Source of the DNA: Cercozoa sp. M6MM
Taxonomy: Eukaryota; Protista; Endomyxa: Ascetosporea
NCBI GenBank assembly: GCA_040357565.1
Contig: JBDODJ010000001.1
DNA length: 64,000 nt
Direction: 5' to 3' (one strand)
Under the pieces are notes generated by a model, which did no database searches, was not told the origin of the DNA, and worked only from the letters and a program-made list of their open reading frames with translations. Position numbers and translations under genes: made by a program. Shown piece by piece: positions 14,608 through 27,180 of this stretch (within the stretch, counting starts at the first letter, position 1; each line of letters starts with the position of its first letter).

Positions 14608-16374
14608 ATGATGCGGGGAGTTCTTGTGCTAAGCCTTTTGCTCTGTCACACAGTTGTGGCTAGTGACAGCGAGCCGGGAACAAGCAACCATTTGGACATC
14701 GACGATTTTGGTAAGCAACGATTTTTAAGCACTCGCACCACTTTTCGATGTTTTATTCAGAATTTTTAGGCGAGCGCCCGAGAATCTATGGTTCCGAAAT
14801 ACGCTTACTCACGCTTGCTGATGGGATAACCTTTGTTTTTGGGTACATGAGGAGAGTTTTCCCGGCAAGTTGGCAGTCCAACAAGGAGACAAACGCCGAA
14901 ACGACGGCGCCAGTGGAGCTGCCATCGACGTTAAAGCGCCCGAAGTTTTGCCCAGTGAGACGACCGCGAAGCCACCACTTGAAACAACGCACCCAGCAAT
15001 CACGTGACACAAGCAAAAAGAAGATTCAGTTGGCGCAAAGCACTGCCGAAGTTGTTCGATGCAAAGCAAAGCCGAAACCAGTGACATCGAGTCGGCAAAC
15101 TCCGGCCAAGCGCACTTGGCTGTATTCCCAAGTCATTACTTGCGGTGTCATTGGCGCAATTGGAGTCCCTTTTAATCGCGTTGTGCTGAATGAGAGTGGA
15201 GAATTGCCTTTCGAAGATGCAGAGCTCTCATGTATTTCTTCAATGCTCATGGTGCTCTTTCTGCAAGAGGTAACTGCCTTGTTTATATCCTTTTCCTCGT
15301 GACTTGTATACTTCAGGTGTCGATAGATTTTTGAAAGAAATGGCAAACGGCTCGAAAATGTGTTTATCATGTCAACACTGCCGCTGTTGTTGCACACTTT
15401 AGGCGCGTACCTGTCATCGAACACCCACGACGATTCGCAGATTATTGATGCTGCTCGACTGTTTAATCTCGTGTGTACCTCCGCAATGGTATTCAAGTAA
15501 ACATTTCTTGTATTTTAATCCGGTTGTTTCGTTTCGTTTTCCGTATGTTATTTGCTTTCCAGGTCGCAGAAAGTACCTACAGAAAGAACAAAATTTACAA
15601 ATCAATCGTCCAGAGTACGAAAGTAGGGGTGTATGCCGTCACTAGTGTGTCTTTGAGCAACTACGTATTGGGAACGTCCGAGTCGGACGGTTCGGCCTCG
15701 CCGCTCAAGTCCGCCGTTGCTATCGCCTTGTTTGTTTTGGTACATTTTAATTTTGAAACACCGTAAATTTAGTATTTATATTTACGGTGTACGCGTTTTT
15801 CCGGAGAAGAGACTTGTGTTGTCACCACTATTCTCTTGGCTGCTGGGTTGGATACACGTGACTGTTTCCACTCAACTGAAACGACTTTCTCCTGGTACTT
15901 CTCACCGAACAGACGGCCACGACGCATTGTACCAGCGAGCACCGTCCCTCGTTTCTGCTGTCATATTGTAAGTTCTGGGTCTTGTTGTAAATGTACGGCT
16001 TGATTTTTAATCTTTGCATTAAAAGGATGCACATAAGCTTCACGGTGGCTTTGTTCCAAATCACATGTCTGCTGTTGCGACGCTATGTTCCCGAGTGGCA
16101 CGAATTCGCTCTGACGCCACCGGTGTCGAATTCCGCACTCTGCGGCGACATGCTGTGCGTGTACGGCGCCTGCGTCATTGCAGGTAAGCACCCTTTTCTT
16201 TGGGTATCCGTGTTTTTAAACATCATCCAACATTATTTGGCAGCAAATGCACTACCACGAACTGAGGGTTTCGTTCCGTTCCACGCTCGCTGCTACAATG
16301 CCCTATCTTTGTACGCTGAAGGGAGATTGGGTTCTGATACGACGCAGAAAAATGACTCTGAAGTTGCCGACTAA
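14608..16374 (+). CDS. Uncharacterised signal-peptide, multi-pass membrane protein (multi-exon)
   Basis: Signal-like MMRGVLVLSLLLCHTVVA, then a basic linker and several hydrophobic exons joinable by GT-AG introns. No family recognised. Confidence 0.5.
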
Positions 16375-17121
16375 ACTGAAAGACTTCCGCTATTCGTAGA
16401 AAAGAACCACTACTCTGAGTGAGTTTTTTAATCGAGTTGTTCTTAACGCTGCAATGCAGCACAGCAAAAATGCACACTGAATTGCTTTCAGTTAATCTCC
16501 TGTCCTCAAGCAGCAAGCTAAGTCGCGATGTCCGGACTCCGGACGCAGGATGGATTCGGTCATTACAGTCATTGCAGTTTGAGCTTGGACTTTTGAATTC
16601 TGGCAAAGCTGGAGACGAATTGTGCAAACACTCTTTCTTTCGCACTCCCTTCCTGGGAAACCAGCTCTCGTTTCGCAGTTCTCTTTCTCTCCATCCTCTC
16701 TCGTTATCAGTGACCTCTTTTACAGAAGAAATTCAAAGCCGGTACAACAACCTCAATTCACATACAGTGTAAAATATGTTGTAGCTTGAACATATTTTTT
16801 GTCCAAGGAACTGACCTTTCTTTTTTGCCCACTTCCCGGAAACCCGGTGCCTGTGGCCTCGCATTTCTTGTGATCGGTCTTTTAGTTCCGAGGACTGTTC
16901 GTTTTTCATCACAGTCTCTGCGATTTAGCACCTGCACCTTTTTCACCTGCTTTCCACCGTCAGTTTGGGGAATTGAAGTGAAACCCACGTTTTTTCCGGG
17001 TTTGTAGTTTCTCTGCATTTCGCCAGTTTCTCATGAACTCTGCGCTGCGTTTCGCGCACATGTGAATGCATCGTTTCGGTGAAATGTACTCTTGTTTGTC
17101 TGTTGAACAAGCAGATCGAAC

Positions 17122-19780
17122 ATGGGCAACTCGGACGATTCGGTGAGTGCCGGTTCGGTCTGGCGCTACGTGGAGCAATCGCGACACAACATAAACTCGT
17201 CGCGCTCGCGCACTCAAAAGTCTCGTTCACGTGCGAATCGACAACATCACCAGGACGTGGGAGCAACCCACGAGTACGAGGCGAAACCAACAAGCACCAC
17301 GAGCAGTCTGAAGCAGCGCAGTTCCAGTCGTCGCACTCGCGAAAGCACACGCAGTAAGTCGCGCGCCCGCACACGTATCAAAGCGCGCCGCACGCGAGCA
17401 GGCAGCGAGATGAAACTAAAAGAACCGCTGCACTGTCCAGATCCACACTCGGCTTCGGTGTCGGCCTCGATGTTTCAACTTGATCCATCGCTTGCCCTCA
17501 ACGATATTAACGATGGGAGGTACATTTCTGTTTTCCAGTATGTTGAATAACTGAAAGTCACAGCAACTATTGTTGATACAGTCTCGCGCCACCAACACCG
17601 CCACCTCTGCCTCCGTCACCGACACAGCGACAACAATATCAGCACATGCAACAACAGCAGCCACAACAGCAGCAGCATCAGCAACAGACGTGGTCACCGA
17701 GTGCGAACTTTGCCATCCCCCCGACACCGCCGATGTGGAACTATTCGCATGCTTCGCACGATGTGCCTGCCGCTATGCTGCACGCACCGCCGCCTGTGAT
17801 TTCCTATGCGCCCTACCCGTCGCCTATGTACATGAGCTCGCATCACAACTCGGTATATTACTGTGCTTTCTTTTGTTGTCTGGACTGCATACCAAATCTA
17901 CTCTTACCCTGACAGAGGAGTCGCCGTCGACGACGCAACTCGTGGAGCTCCGACTCGTCGAGCGACAGCAGCGACGCATCCTACCGGCGACACCGACGCG
18001 AGTGGCGTCGCGAACGACGGCGAAAGAAGCGACAACAACGCGATGAGGAGCGACAGGCTTGGCTGCGTGAGCGACAGCTGCAACAGCAACAACCGAATGC
18101 ACACCCGGTGATCAGTCCGATGGCCACTTCTTTCGATGCCACCATGAAAACTACACGCCGTACCGACTCGTTTGACTCGTGCGATGTCGACAAACAGCAG
18201 CGTGTCGTGCGGCAGCACAACTCTTCCATGGTGCGATGAGATTCCATTCTATATATCAGTGCATAACTAATGAATATGCAGCTTTAACTATACTAGTGCT
18301 GAACTATTGTGCATGCAGCTGGTGGCGACGCAACAAGTCCTGGTAGGAAGTGAGAACGAAAAGCAGACCGAAGGTGATGTCGTAGTTGTGGACAATGAGT
18401 CGGCCAACCAGGCCATGCAACACTTTGACGGTATCGCCATGCAGGCGCACTTCTTGCTCGGTGTCGAGCCCACGTCGCCGTGGTTTGTGCGCCACATTGG
18501 TATACCCCAGACTGCTTTCTCACACTGACAATGTACGCTACCACTTGTGTATGTTTACAGACGACCTGCGCTCGTGTGTGCTGCTGTGCCTCGTGTTCGA
18601 TGCCGTATGGCCGCATGCCGAGGTACAACGTCGCACTCGCCGTGTGCCTGGCTGCGCCAAGTCGGCCGAGTTTAACGCACGTCTGCTGCTGCACGCACTG
18701 CGCTCGCTCGGCATTCGTATGCGCGTGTCTCGTCGCCTACTTATCGACACTGTAGTCATGTTCAGTTTCGTCTGTATTACAGTTGAAAGTGTACTTTGTC
18801 CAGGGAGGAGTCGTGAGCGGAGTGGAGGCACTTCAGCGGGGCAGTGTGTGCGCAGTGCTCCTGCAGTACCTGGTGCAAGCACTACGCAAGCGACGCGGCC
18901 TCAGTGAGCAGCAGTTGCGTCAAAAGCAAGCTGATGAACTCGACTTGCCGCCCGACATGGACGGCATGCGGCGCCGTCTGCGCTCGCGTCGGATTGCTGG
19001 TGCGCTCTTTTGCTTTCCACTTTGCGTACTCTAAGTAACTTATTAGGCCTGAGTATGTTGCTTTGGCACTATGCACACAGACCACGTCAAGTCACTCCGC
19101 TCGGCCAGGTCGGAGAATCACTCGCCCAGTGGCGGCAGCTCCGTTGCAGTGCGACGCCAGCAGTTCCTCGTACAATCAGCATTGCCAAGACGACCTTAGG
19201 AACTAAATAACGTTATTTCTCGTTGCCACAGAAGCGCGTGAACCGCTCCGAGTCGCCGTCAGAGCACCTGCGCTCGGCACGCGAGCAGCATGACAAACAC
19301 CGCGCTCGTCGCGGACGCAAACCAAAGTCTCGCACTGCGTCGAAACTGAAGACGAGCAAAACCGCCGTCGCCGCCAGCAGTCGCAGCACCCGGCCAGTAA
19401 AAAAACCGACAGCGTCGTTTCTGCAAAAAACGCGCAGCAGGGCCAAAAAGGTGCTCAGTCGCACCAAGAAGGCCAGCGCACGCAAAAAGGCAACACGCTC
19501 CAAGCAAGCAAAGCCCAATCCGCGCAAGCAAGCAACCCGCAACACGCGCAACCGTCTGTCGCTCAGCTCGCGATCGCGCAAGGCGTCGCCGGTCGATATC
19601 GACGACTTGCCCTCGTTCGAGAGCAACCCTGTGCCGCCTCCACCAGTGCCGAATCTCAGCAGCAGTGCCAGTGCCAGCGAGGACCAAACTGCTGCGCACT
19701 CGAACTCGCCTTCTGCGACGCCGACTCGAAGAACCAAACTGCGCTTGCGCGTGAATAATAAAGTCAGCGCCACGCTGTAG
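17122..19780 (+). CDS. Low-complexity (S/R/Q/P-rich) protein with a possible divergent calponin-homology-like domain
   Basis: Exons joinable by GT-AG introns. The central DLRSCVLLCLVFDAVWP...EFNARLLLHALRSLGI resembles a CH domain. Lys/Arg-rich C-terminal exon at 19223-19780. Confidence 0.5.
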
Positions 19781-20005
19781 CGCTACCCATTCAAGGATTG
19801 TTTTCGCTCTTAATTCACTCTTTTGGACATTTAAATTCTTAGTTGCAAGTGAAATCTCCTACTGGAGAGCCGGTTCCTTTTCAGTTTAGTCAGTCGGCTT
19901 ACTATCTGAGTCCGATCGCCCGGTTTGTGGCGTGCCATGCCACTAAAAGTTGACAGATAAATTATGATGCCAATAGTATCCTCGCGAGCGGATTGAGCGA
20001 TATCG

Positions 20006-21731
20006 ATGGGGATTACGGAGGGTTTTGGTATTGCCGGTGCCGGTCAAGCCGGAACACTTGATTTATCATTGGCAGTTTCAACTTTCGAAGAGGCTGGACA
20101 CGTAACGCAAAGGTATATTGAGGCCAAATATAAATACTACATGTAAGTTACCTCAAAAGTCTTGAAAAATGGAAACAAGCTATCAAACCGGACTTGTTTT
20201 GTGTAGCGTCACAGGCTTTGCTTCATACTTGCCTTCCATTGGCCTAATCGTATCGAACTGTCTGTTTGCGAGTTTGTTATCATTGCCGTCGAGGATAAGT
20301 AACATTGGTGTTCTGAATGCCGTCGGCAGGTGCGTTTGTTTGAAATCAACAGTAAACTTACAGTATCGGTTTACTCGTACTTTCCTTCTGCTAGTGTGGC
20401 AGTGCTAGCACTGGTGGCAGAAGTGACAGTCCGCACACTAATCACGCTGAGCGACTCACTAAATGTCAACTCATACACGGCGCTGTGTCAGAAGGTGCTC
20501 GGCAATCGCTCGGCGTTTTTGCTGTGTGCTTGTGCCACTGCCTTTGACTTTGGCAGTGCCTGGGCCTACATTGCCGCTTCCCTCGAGTTGACTCAGTTGC
20601 ATGTACCTCAAGCTTCCTTTACGTGGTCTGTCCTGATGAGATACTGGGGGTGTTGGTGCATGTTTCAGTTGTACACATCTCGTTTAACGAGTCGCGCGAT
20701 AGCTGCGATGGTGCTCGTGTCGCTCCTAGCGGTCACAAAAGACCCAATGCGTCTGTCAGTTCTCACTGGTGTCGCCACCGTGATTGTGCTTTTAGCCATG
20801 GGTTTCACTTTGGTTTCGGCTGCCTCTCTGCCTCGTAAGTCTCTAAACAGTGTGACTCAGTTCAGTCCGAATGTTGTTTCGTTTTAATATTGACAGCTAT
20901 GGTGACAAGTGTCTCCTGGGTGACACCTCGTACCGTAGATGCCTTCGCAGTGTTGGCCTTTTCGTTCATGTATCACGAGGCTATCTTTGCCTTTCGCGAC
21001 ACTGCGCCGAGCACGCAGCACTTTCTGCACAGCAACTGCTTGGTACGTCGAACACATTGTTGTACCTGTTTTGGAATTGTCTTCCAACCCTGCAGGGATT
21101 ACTGGTCGCGACGGTGCTGATGGTGACATGGGGCACTCTGTGTGCACTGCTGTTTCCTGTGGCTGAGAATGTGCTGCTGTCACCGGCACTGCAGCGCCTG
21201 CCCTGGCTTTCATTGGGCGTACGCGGAGTTGTGGCCGTGTGCTACATGAGCGTGGCTGTCATGATGAGCTATTTCACTCGGGAGTACGCGTACGCACTGG
21301 TTCACCTGCCCGATATGGAAACAAATCTGCCACTTCCAACGAATGCGCACATGCTGAGCACATTTGCGATCGGTGCGGCCTTGTTCCTGGCTACACTGTT
21401 GCCTGTCTCGGCCACCGCTGTCATTGACTTGGTCGGACTCGTCACGGGTAGATCTGCCCGTTATAGCTAACTTGCGAATATATATATACTAACTGTACAC
21501 TGGATAGGTGTGCTCCTGGGCATGGTGTTTCCCGTACTGATTTACGTGCGTGCCAAGAGCATCAAGTGGGCACGGGCACTGCAATACTTTTCGTTGAGTA
21601 TGACGTCAATCATTGCACTTGTCGGCTTTGTGTTCGGAACGATGCTGTGGGTGCATCAGTACCTGCTGCACAACAACTCGGCGATGAACGAGAGTGCCGG
21701 CATAAGTATTCCCGAGACGTCCGAGGGATAA
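20006..21731 (+). CDS. Amino acid transporter, AAAP/SLC38-like (multi-exon)
   Basis: LFASLLSLP, SYTALCQKVLG, AFSFMYHE, VIDLVGLVTG..LGMVFPVLIY, and many transmembrane segments. Start approximate. Confidence 0.8.
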
Positions 21732-22416
21732 TTATAACTGTACAAGTTGCTTAGTAAATTCCAGTTGTCGTACTGTATATACAGCAACTAAACTAAATAT
21801 TTGGCTACTCGATTGTATTCATCAGTCGGACTCAGACTTCAGCCGGCTGTTCACCGGCAGCTCAAACTGCCATTACTGTCGTACAGTACCGTACTAGTGT
21901 TCCAGTTTAAAAGAAACGGAGGAAAGCAGGTGATCAGGTGGTGTATAGATACACCGGAGCAGTTCGTACGTGCGAAGCTCAGGAACCCGAGTTCGGTACG
22001 CCTAGACATTGAAGTCAACACACCAACTCGAAAGCCTGCCCAGCCAGGCAGGGTCAGAACGACCAGAGTGCATTAGATAAAGCGTGGGACGTGCGCAGCG
22101 GACACTCGAAACTGCGCAAAACTCGTGCGGCACCTTCCGGCGCGCTCTCACGCTGCAGCAAAAGCGAGTTTTGCAAACAACAAATCCGGCACGTGGCGTT
22201 TCTCCACACAAAGCTGACTAGTGGAGTTTTGACCTTAAGAATGACATAAAAGCATAACATCACCAAATAAAGCTATCTAAATGTCTAACTTCGCTCCCCA
22301 AAGCGCTGATTTTAAAGTACCGCGGTGGGTGAAATGCAATTTCTGACTGCTGATGGCGCACGGTACAGTACGAGTTTTGCAGCGCAGTAAACGAAGGTAG
22401 TGCAGGGTAAAATCAA

Positions 22417-23207
22417 TTAAAACAGGAGCTGCGTCAGGTAGTAGAGTTGCAGCACGCCGTAGACGGCCACGTGCGCGTAGAGCGAGAGCTCGTACTGCTG
22501 CTGCGCTGGCTGCGCCAGCTTGGCTACAAAACACCAGTCAAATACACGCAGCGTCACAACAAGGGGACAACGGAAAAGTACCAGGGTGTGGCTCAAGGTC
22601 CTGCTTGTGCAGCAGGAAGCCGTGGTAGGCAGCCACAGGCAGGTTGATGAGCAGGCCAGTCCAGGTGCCCCAGATGAGCTGCGTGGCAGTCAGCGCCATC
22701 TGCGCGTAGACAGCCGGGCGCACGTGCTGCGCGAGTTCTTGGCACAGGTAGACCGGGTTGACCTGCGCGCGCTTGCCGGCACGCAGCACGCGCACCTGGT
22801 TCACGCTCTCGTAGAGCACGGCACCGCCCACGATGCAGCACAGCAGCCAGTACAGCGAGCGAAGGCTGCCTACAACAGGGGATGGCAAGAAGTAGCATAC
22901 AAAAAGGCTAAGGGCAGAAGTTACCACGACGGTCCTCGGCCAGAGCGAGTCCTTCGTCGTTGATCTGCGCGTCGTACTGATCGAGGTAGCGCGTGGTCAC
23001 AGCGAGGACTATACGCGTGGATAGTTGGCAGGAATACAGAAAGACCACGGTAAGAGGGAAGAGTACTGTCGACCTGGTCGGCAAGCTGTCCAGTCAACGC
23101 CGAGAAAGCGAGGTGGTACGCGCCATGAGCCTTGTCGTTGGGATCGGCGTTTTCGTCTCTGCGCCACGGCATCATCACGTTGAGACAGAGCCTACCGAGA
23201 CACATGG

Positions 23208-23261
<54 letters not shown>

Positions 23262-24140
23262 GACGAGAGAGTCGGGTACTTGTAGCCCTTCTTGTCATTG
23301 GTGTCCAGGTAGACGTGCAGCGAGCCGTTCTGCAGACGCACCATAGCCTTGACCGGCTTGTCGGTGTTGCGGAACTGCGACGTGCATCGGTGCGGCAGCG
23401 AGCTCATCGGTCCCTTGAGCTGCCACAGGTCCGTTCGGTAGTCCTGTGCGACCATCAAAGGATAGTGACAACTAAAAAAAGGGGACAGAAAGACACCTGC
23501 TCGTGCTGCCAGGCACGCATGTCGCCGCGCGGGTTAAACAGCACGCCGACCTGCGGGTTGTCGCGACGCGCGTCGTTATCGTACGTGTCAAAGAGCACAC
23601 CAAACCCCTTGAAGTTTGCCTTCATGCCAAAGACGGGCCCGTCGAGGTAGTCGCTGCGGCCCTGGTAGGACGGGTCCTGCGCGCCGTCCAGCAGCCAGAA
23701 GGCAAAGCCGTCGCCGCCGAGGTGACCGTCGCCACGCACACGGAAGGTGAACTCCGTCTCAAAGTCGTTCGAGTCCAGAGGGTAGCTGTTCCACAGCCAA
23801 CCACTCCTAGCCTGTGTCTTTGGCACAATACGCGCCAGCTGGTTCGTCATCACTGTGGCGCCACCGAACTGCAACACACGCATTGACACAACCAAGCAGA
23901 GATAGACCGCTGCTACCTGCCAGTACTGCGAGCTCGTATCGAAAGGGTGGTGCAAAGAGTGGTGCGGCTCGATCGGCCGGTGCCTCGTTGCCCTGAACAA
24001 AAAACTGCAATGAAAGCACACCCACACAACTCAGGCGAAGGCAACACGTACGGGGCACCCGGTTTGTTGAAGAGGGTATTTTTCGGCTCGAACTTGAACG
24101 CCTGCGCGGCAGCCACGAGGCTCACCAACACCGCCAACAT
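22417..24140 (-). CDS. L-type lectin (ERGIC-53/VIP36-like)-cornichon fusion protein (multi-exon)
   Basis: Signal peptide, then lectin motifs SGWLWN, GGDGFAFW, GPVFGMKANFKGFGVLFDTYDND, FSALTGQLAD. Spliced in frame to cornichon motifs VNPVYLCQEL, LLINLPVAAYH, VYGVLQLYYLTQLLF*. Confidence 0.8.
23211..23257. repeat. (CA)n microsatellite inside a lectin-gene intron
   Basis: Perfect AC run, which is (TG)n on the transcribed strand. Confidence 0.95.
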
Positions 24141-24537
24141 TCGTTCTTGTAGTTCTACCCAGACATTTCCGGATAGCACAAACACGTCAACTCAACCAAC
24201 GATTTTGCTCCAAACTGCAGGATGAAAAAAAGCAAACGTCTGCACCTGATCCGCGTGTCTGCGAAGCTCAGAGTCTCCCAGGTCACTAGGTACTGTACAC
24301 TAGGCACGTCACACGACACTCCAACCCCGTCACGATTTCTTTGCGTGCATCTTTGGATGAGTCAAAAGCCCCCATAATCTTGACATGGTTCCAGTACAAG
24401 CGGACGGTCCGCATGTCCGAAAACCTGGCACCAAAAATCTTGATTTTGGTTTTTCTAGCTGAAAAGTGCTGAACGCGCCACTACAGGCCCCTTTTTGCTA
24501 TCGATACGCCACTCCCTTTGCTATACTGCGCGTTTCC

Positions 24538-26124
24538 ATGGCCGACACCGACCGAAGCGTCTCGGTAAACTCGACAGTTTTTCTTCCGACTTCCGTTTCA
24601 GCGGATTCGCGAACGAAGTCTCCCTTCGCTTTTGATGGCTTTATCATGTTCACTGTAGGCGCTGTCCGCCTACATGTTGAAAGGCTACACATTACTGGGC
24701 GAATCGTGCCATAAATGCGACGTATGTCATGTTATTTCTTGACAGAACGCCCCACCTGAGGACTCGGTTGATTCTCTGTGCAGATTCCGCTTGTACGAGC
24801 ACCGAATTCAAAGAAGGAAATCTGCGTTTCATGTGAAATTCTCGAAAATGACGCTGCTGAGGCGAAAGCAAAGGCTCAAGCCGAGGTCGCTGCGGCGGAT
24901 TTGAACGAGAAGGATACCCATGAAGCCGAAGCTGATGCTGCGGCTAAGCGGCTGGAAGAACTTGCCGTCACTGTAGATTTTGCCCAGACGTGCTTTGTTA
25001 AAAAGAAGATTTCTTATTCGTTCTTTGCATAGGAGACTGGTAGTGAAAGCGAGGAACCTGAGACCGCAAAAATGCGTGCCGAAACGGAAAAGCCAACGAG
25101 CGAAAAGAAAGGCGAGCAGGCTGAAGATGAGGAACCGACAGAGGAGCAGCAAGTTGACGAAACTGAAGTGGCGGATAAAATTGAAGAAAAGGACGAAGGT
25201 GACAAAGACACACCCCAATTGGACGAAGTGGTACAGTTCTATGGTTTGACGTTTCACGTATTCCTAACTTACTTCTGGGCAGGAAGAGATTCATCTTCAG
25301 TTTGGCACGCCCTTCAAGAGCAACTCAACCACAGCCACCTCAACTCCGTAATTTTCTTTAAACACGGGTTTCCCTCCATTTAATATCATCTGGGATCTGT
25401 TCAGTTCACTGTTCCGTCGTTTTGGATCGACGAAAAAGAAGGGCCGGCGTGCCGTGCTGAAACTCGTACCGTTTTGTTTATGCGCCCATACTAGCTGTCG
25501 TATGCTGTCGTGTATGCCGACCTTGGTTATGTGCTTCACAGGAGTTCGATACCACGCCAGTTGTTGAGGAAGAGGATCGCAACGAGTTCGGCAAGCGTGT
25601 GCCGTCTTCGTCCACCGACGCCGCTGCTGCTACGCGTTTGCCGAAGCGGCGTCACACTTCCGATGTCGAGCCAGTTGTGGTAATTTTTTTCTTTTGACTT
25701 TTGCCCACCCAATTAAATTCTCGGATGCAGGACAAGGCAGTTCCTCAGCGAAAAACGCGCGTGCGTGCGCGTTCACTGGCAGGCCGCCCAGAGCCCGGTC
25801 CAAAGTACATGCCGCTGCCCGCGCAGTCGGATGTCGTCTTGAGTGACGTCGTGTCGACCGTTATGGAGAAGATGCGCTTGTTCCAGCGACAGATCGCACA
25901 GACTTCCAACCCGACACTTATCGCCGAAGCGTGCAAATCACTGCGTGACCTCGCACACACTGTAAGATACTCTTCGCTAGTTTTTAAACTGTTGTCATCT
26001 TTCCTTCCGCTGCGCGCAGGTTCAAGTTCTGCGTCAAGTGCAAAGTGGTACTACGTTGCCACTTGTGCCGTCTGCCTCTGTCACGCAGTCGGGCACTTCA
26101 GGCTCTTTCGTCGGCGGCATTTAA
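24538..26124 (+). CDS. SSSCA1/ZNRD2-like zinc-ribbon protein (autoantigen p27 family)
   Basis: ALSAYMLKGYTLLGESCHKCD-IPLVRAPNSKKEICVSCE zinc ribbon, an acidic linker, and the C-terminal helical segment MEKMRLFQRQIAQTSNPTLIAEACKSLRDLA. Confidence 0.75.
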
Positions 26125-26305
26125 CTCACTCGCGCTGAATAACTTACTGTCCGGTCTTTCGATCCCTTCGTTCTTCAGATTTGCGAAATTTGCGACGAGT
26201 AAACTGAAACTGAAACACATGACTTTCGTTTCGATCCGTACGGTACTATCTTCAGTTTGAACCAAAACAAGTTCGACTTGTTTCCATCGCATCAGTCGCC
26301 CGAAA

Positions 26306-26783
26306 CTAGCCAAGGAAGGTGAGCGCACCGAACAGCAGCAACACGGCGCAGAAAAGGAACTCCACGAGCGACTGCTGCGGCGGCAGACGGCGGAATGCCT
26401 TTGGGTTCGATAGGTTTAGTCGCAAGCACACTGGGCAAGCAACAGATTTGCTGATACAAATGCAACACAAAAAGTAGGGTGGCCAGGTACTCAACAGCAC
26501 GAACATGCCGACGCAGGAGATCACGGCAGCATACAAAGAGTTGCGAGGGTACGTGCTCCGCACCACCAAAGCAAACACAAGCTGCAGCACGGCAGTCAGC
26601 AGGGCCCACACAGCGAAGCCATCCAGCAACTTGAGCTATCCGCGTAGAATATTTGTGTAACCGACTCCAAAAACAGTCAAAATGCACCTTTGACGGCGTT
26701 TCATCGACGTATACTGACCAAGCATTTGTGATTAGCGTCTTGGCTTGTGTTGGTGTGAGAAACAATCGCTCTAGTCTCTGCAT
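26306..26783 (-). CDS. DAD1: Oligosaccharyltransferase subunit DAD1/OST2
   Basis: YVDETPSK-LLDGFAVWALLTAVLQLVFALVVRSTYPRNSLYAAVISCVGMFVL-CLRLNL..SLVEFLFCAVLLLFGALTFLG matches DAD1 end to end. Two introns. Confidence 0.88.
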
Positions 26784-27180
26784 GTTCGTGTTTCTGTCCA
26801 CGCAGTCATTTCGACAAATTGGATTGCAACAATGGCAATCAAAAACAGAACTAAAGGCAGTACAGGCAGAGCAGCAGAGTAATCTAATTCGTCACAAGGC
26901 TGCACTGTGGCTTTCGTGATGTGCCGTGCTTCTGGTGATCGAGATGTCAAGAAATGACCCCCTAAATCAATGGCCGTATGAAACGAGGCAGGCGAAAAGC
27001 CCTTTAGAGTTCGCACAGTGCACTTAGATAGCATCGTGTGTGTGACTGTGCGTCAAGGCAGAGCATTGGGTGCGCACTTGCGCACAGCTTTCGTTTTCTT
27101 CCCCATTAACTTTGCCTGGTATCGCGATGTCGCTTCTTTCGTTTTTGAGCATACCTTTTTGTTTGTTGTTTACGACAGCT

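Noticed and set aside
19890-21850. Inverted TCTGAGTCCGA at ~19905 and ~21826 flanking the transporter, as possible transposon ends
   Set aside because: Only an 11-bp exact match, with no TSD or transposase; compatible with chance.
22538-22927. Stand-alone cornichon gene starting at 22927
   Set aside because: The start is a GTG overlapping a splice donor, the N-terminal part is intronic, and no promoter space or stop separates it from the lectin exons.
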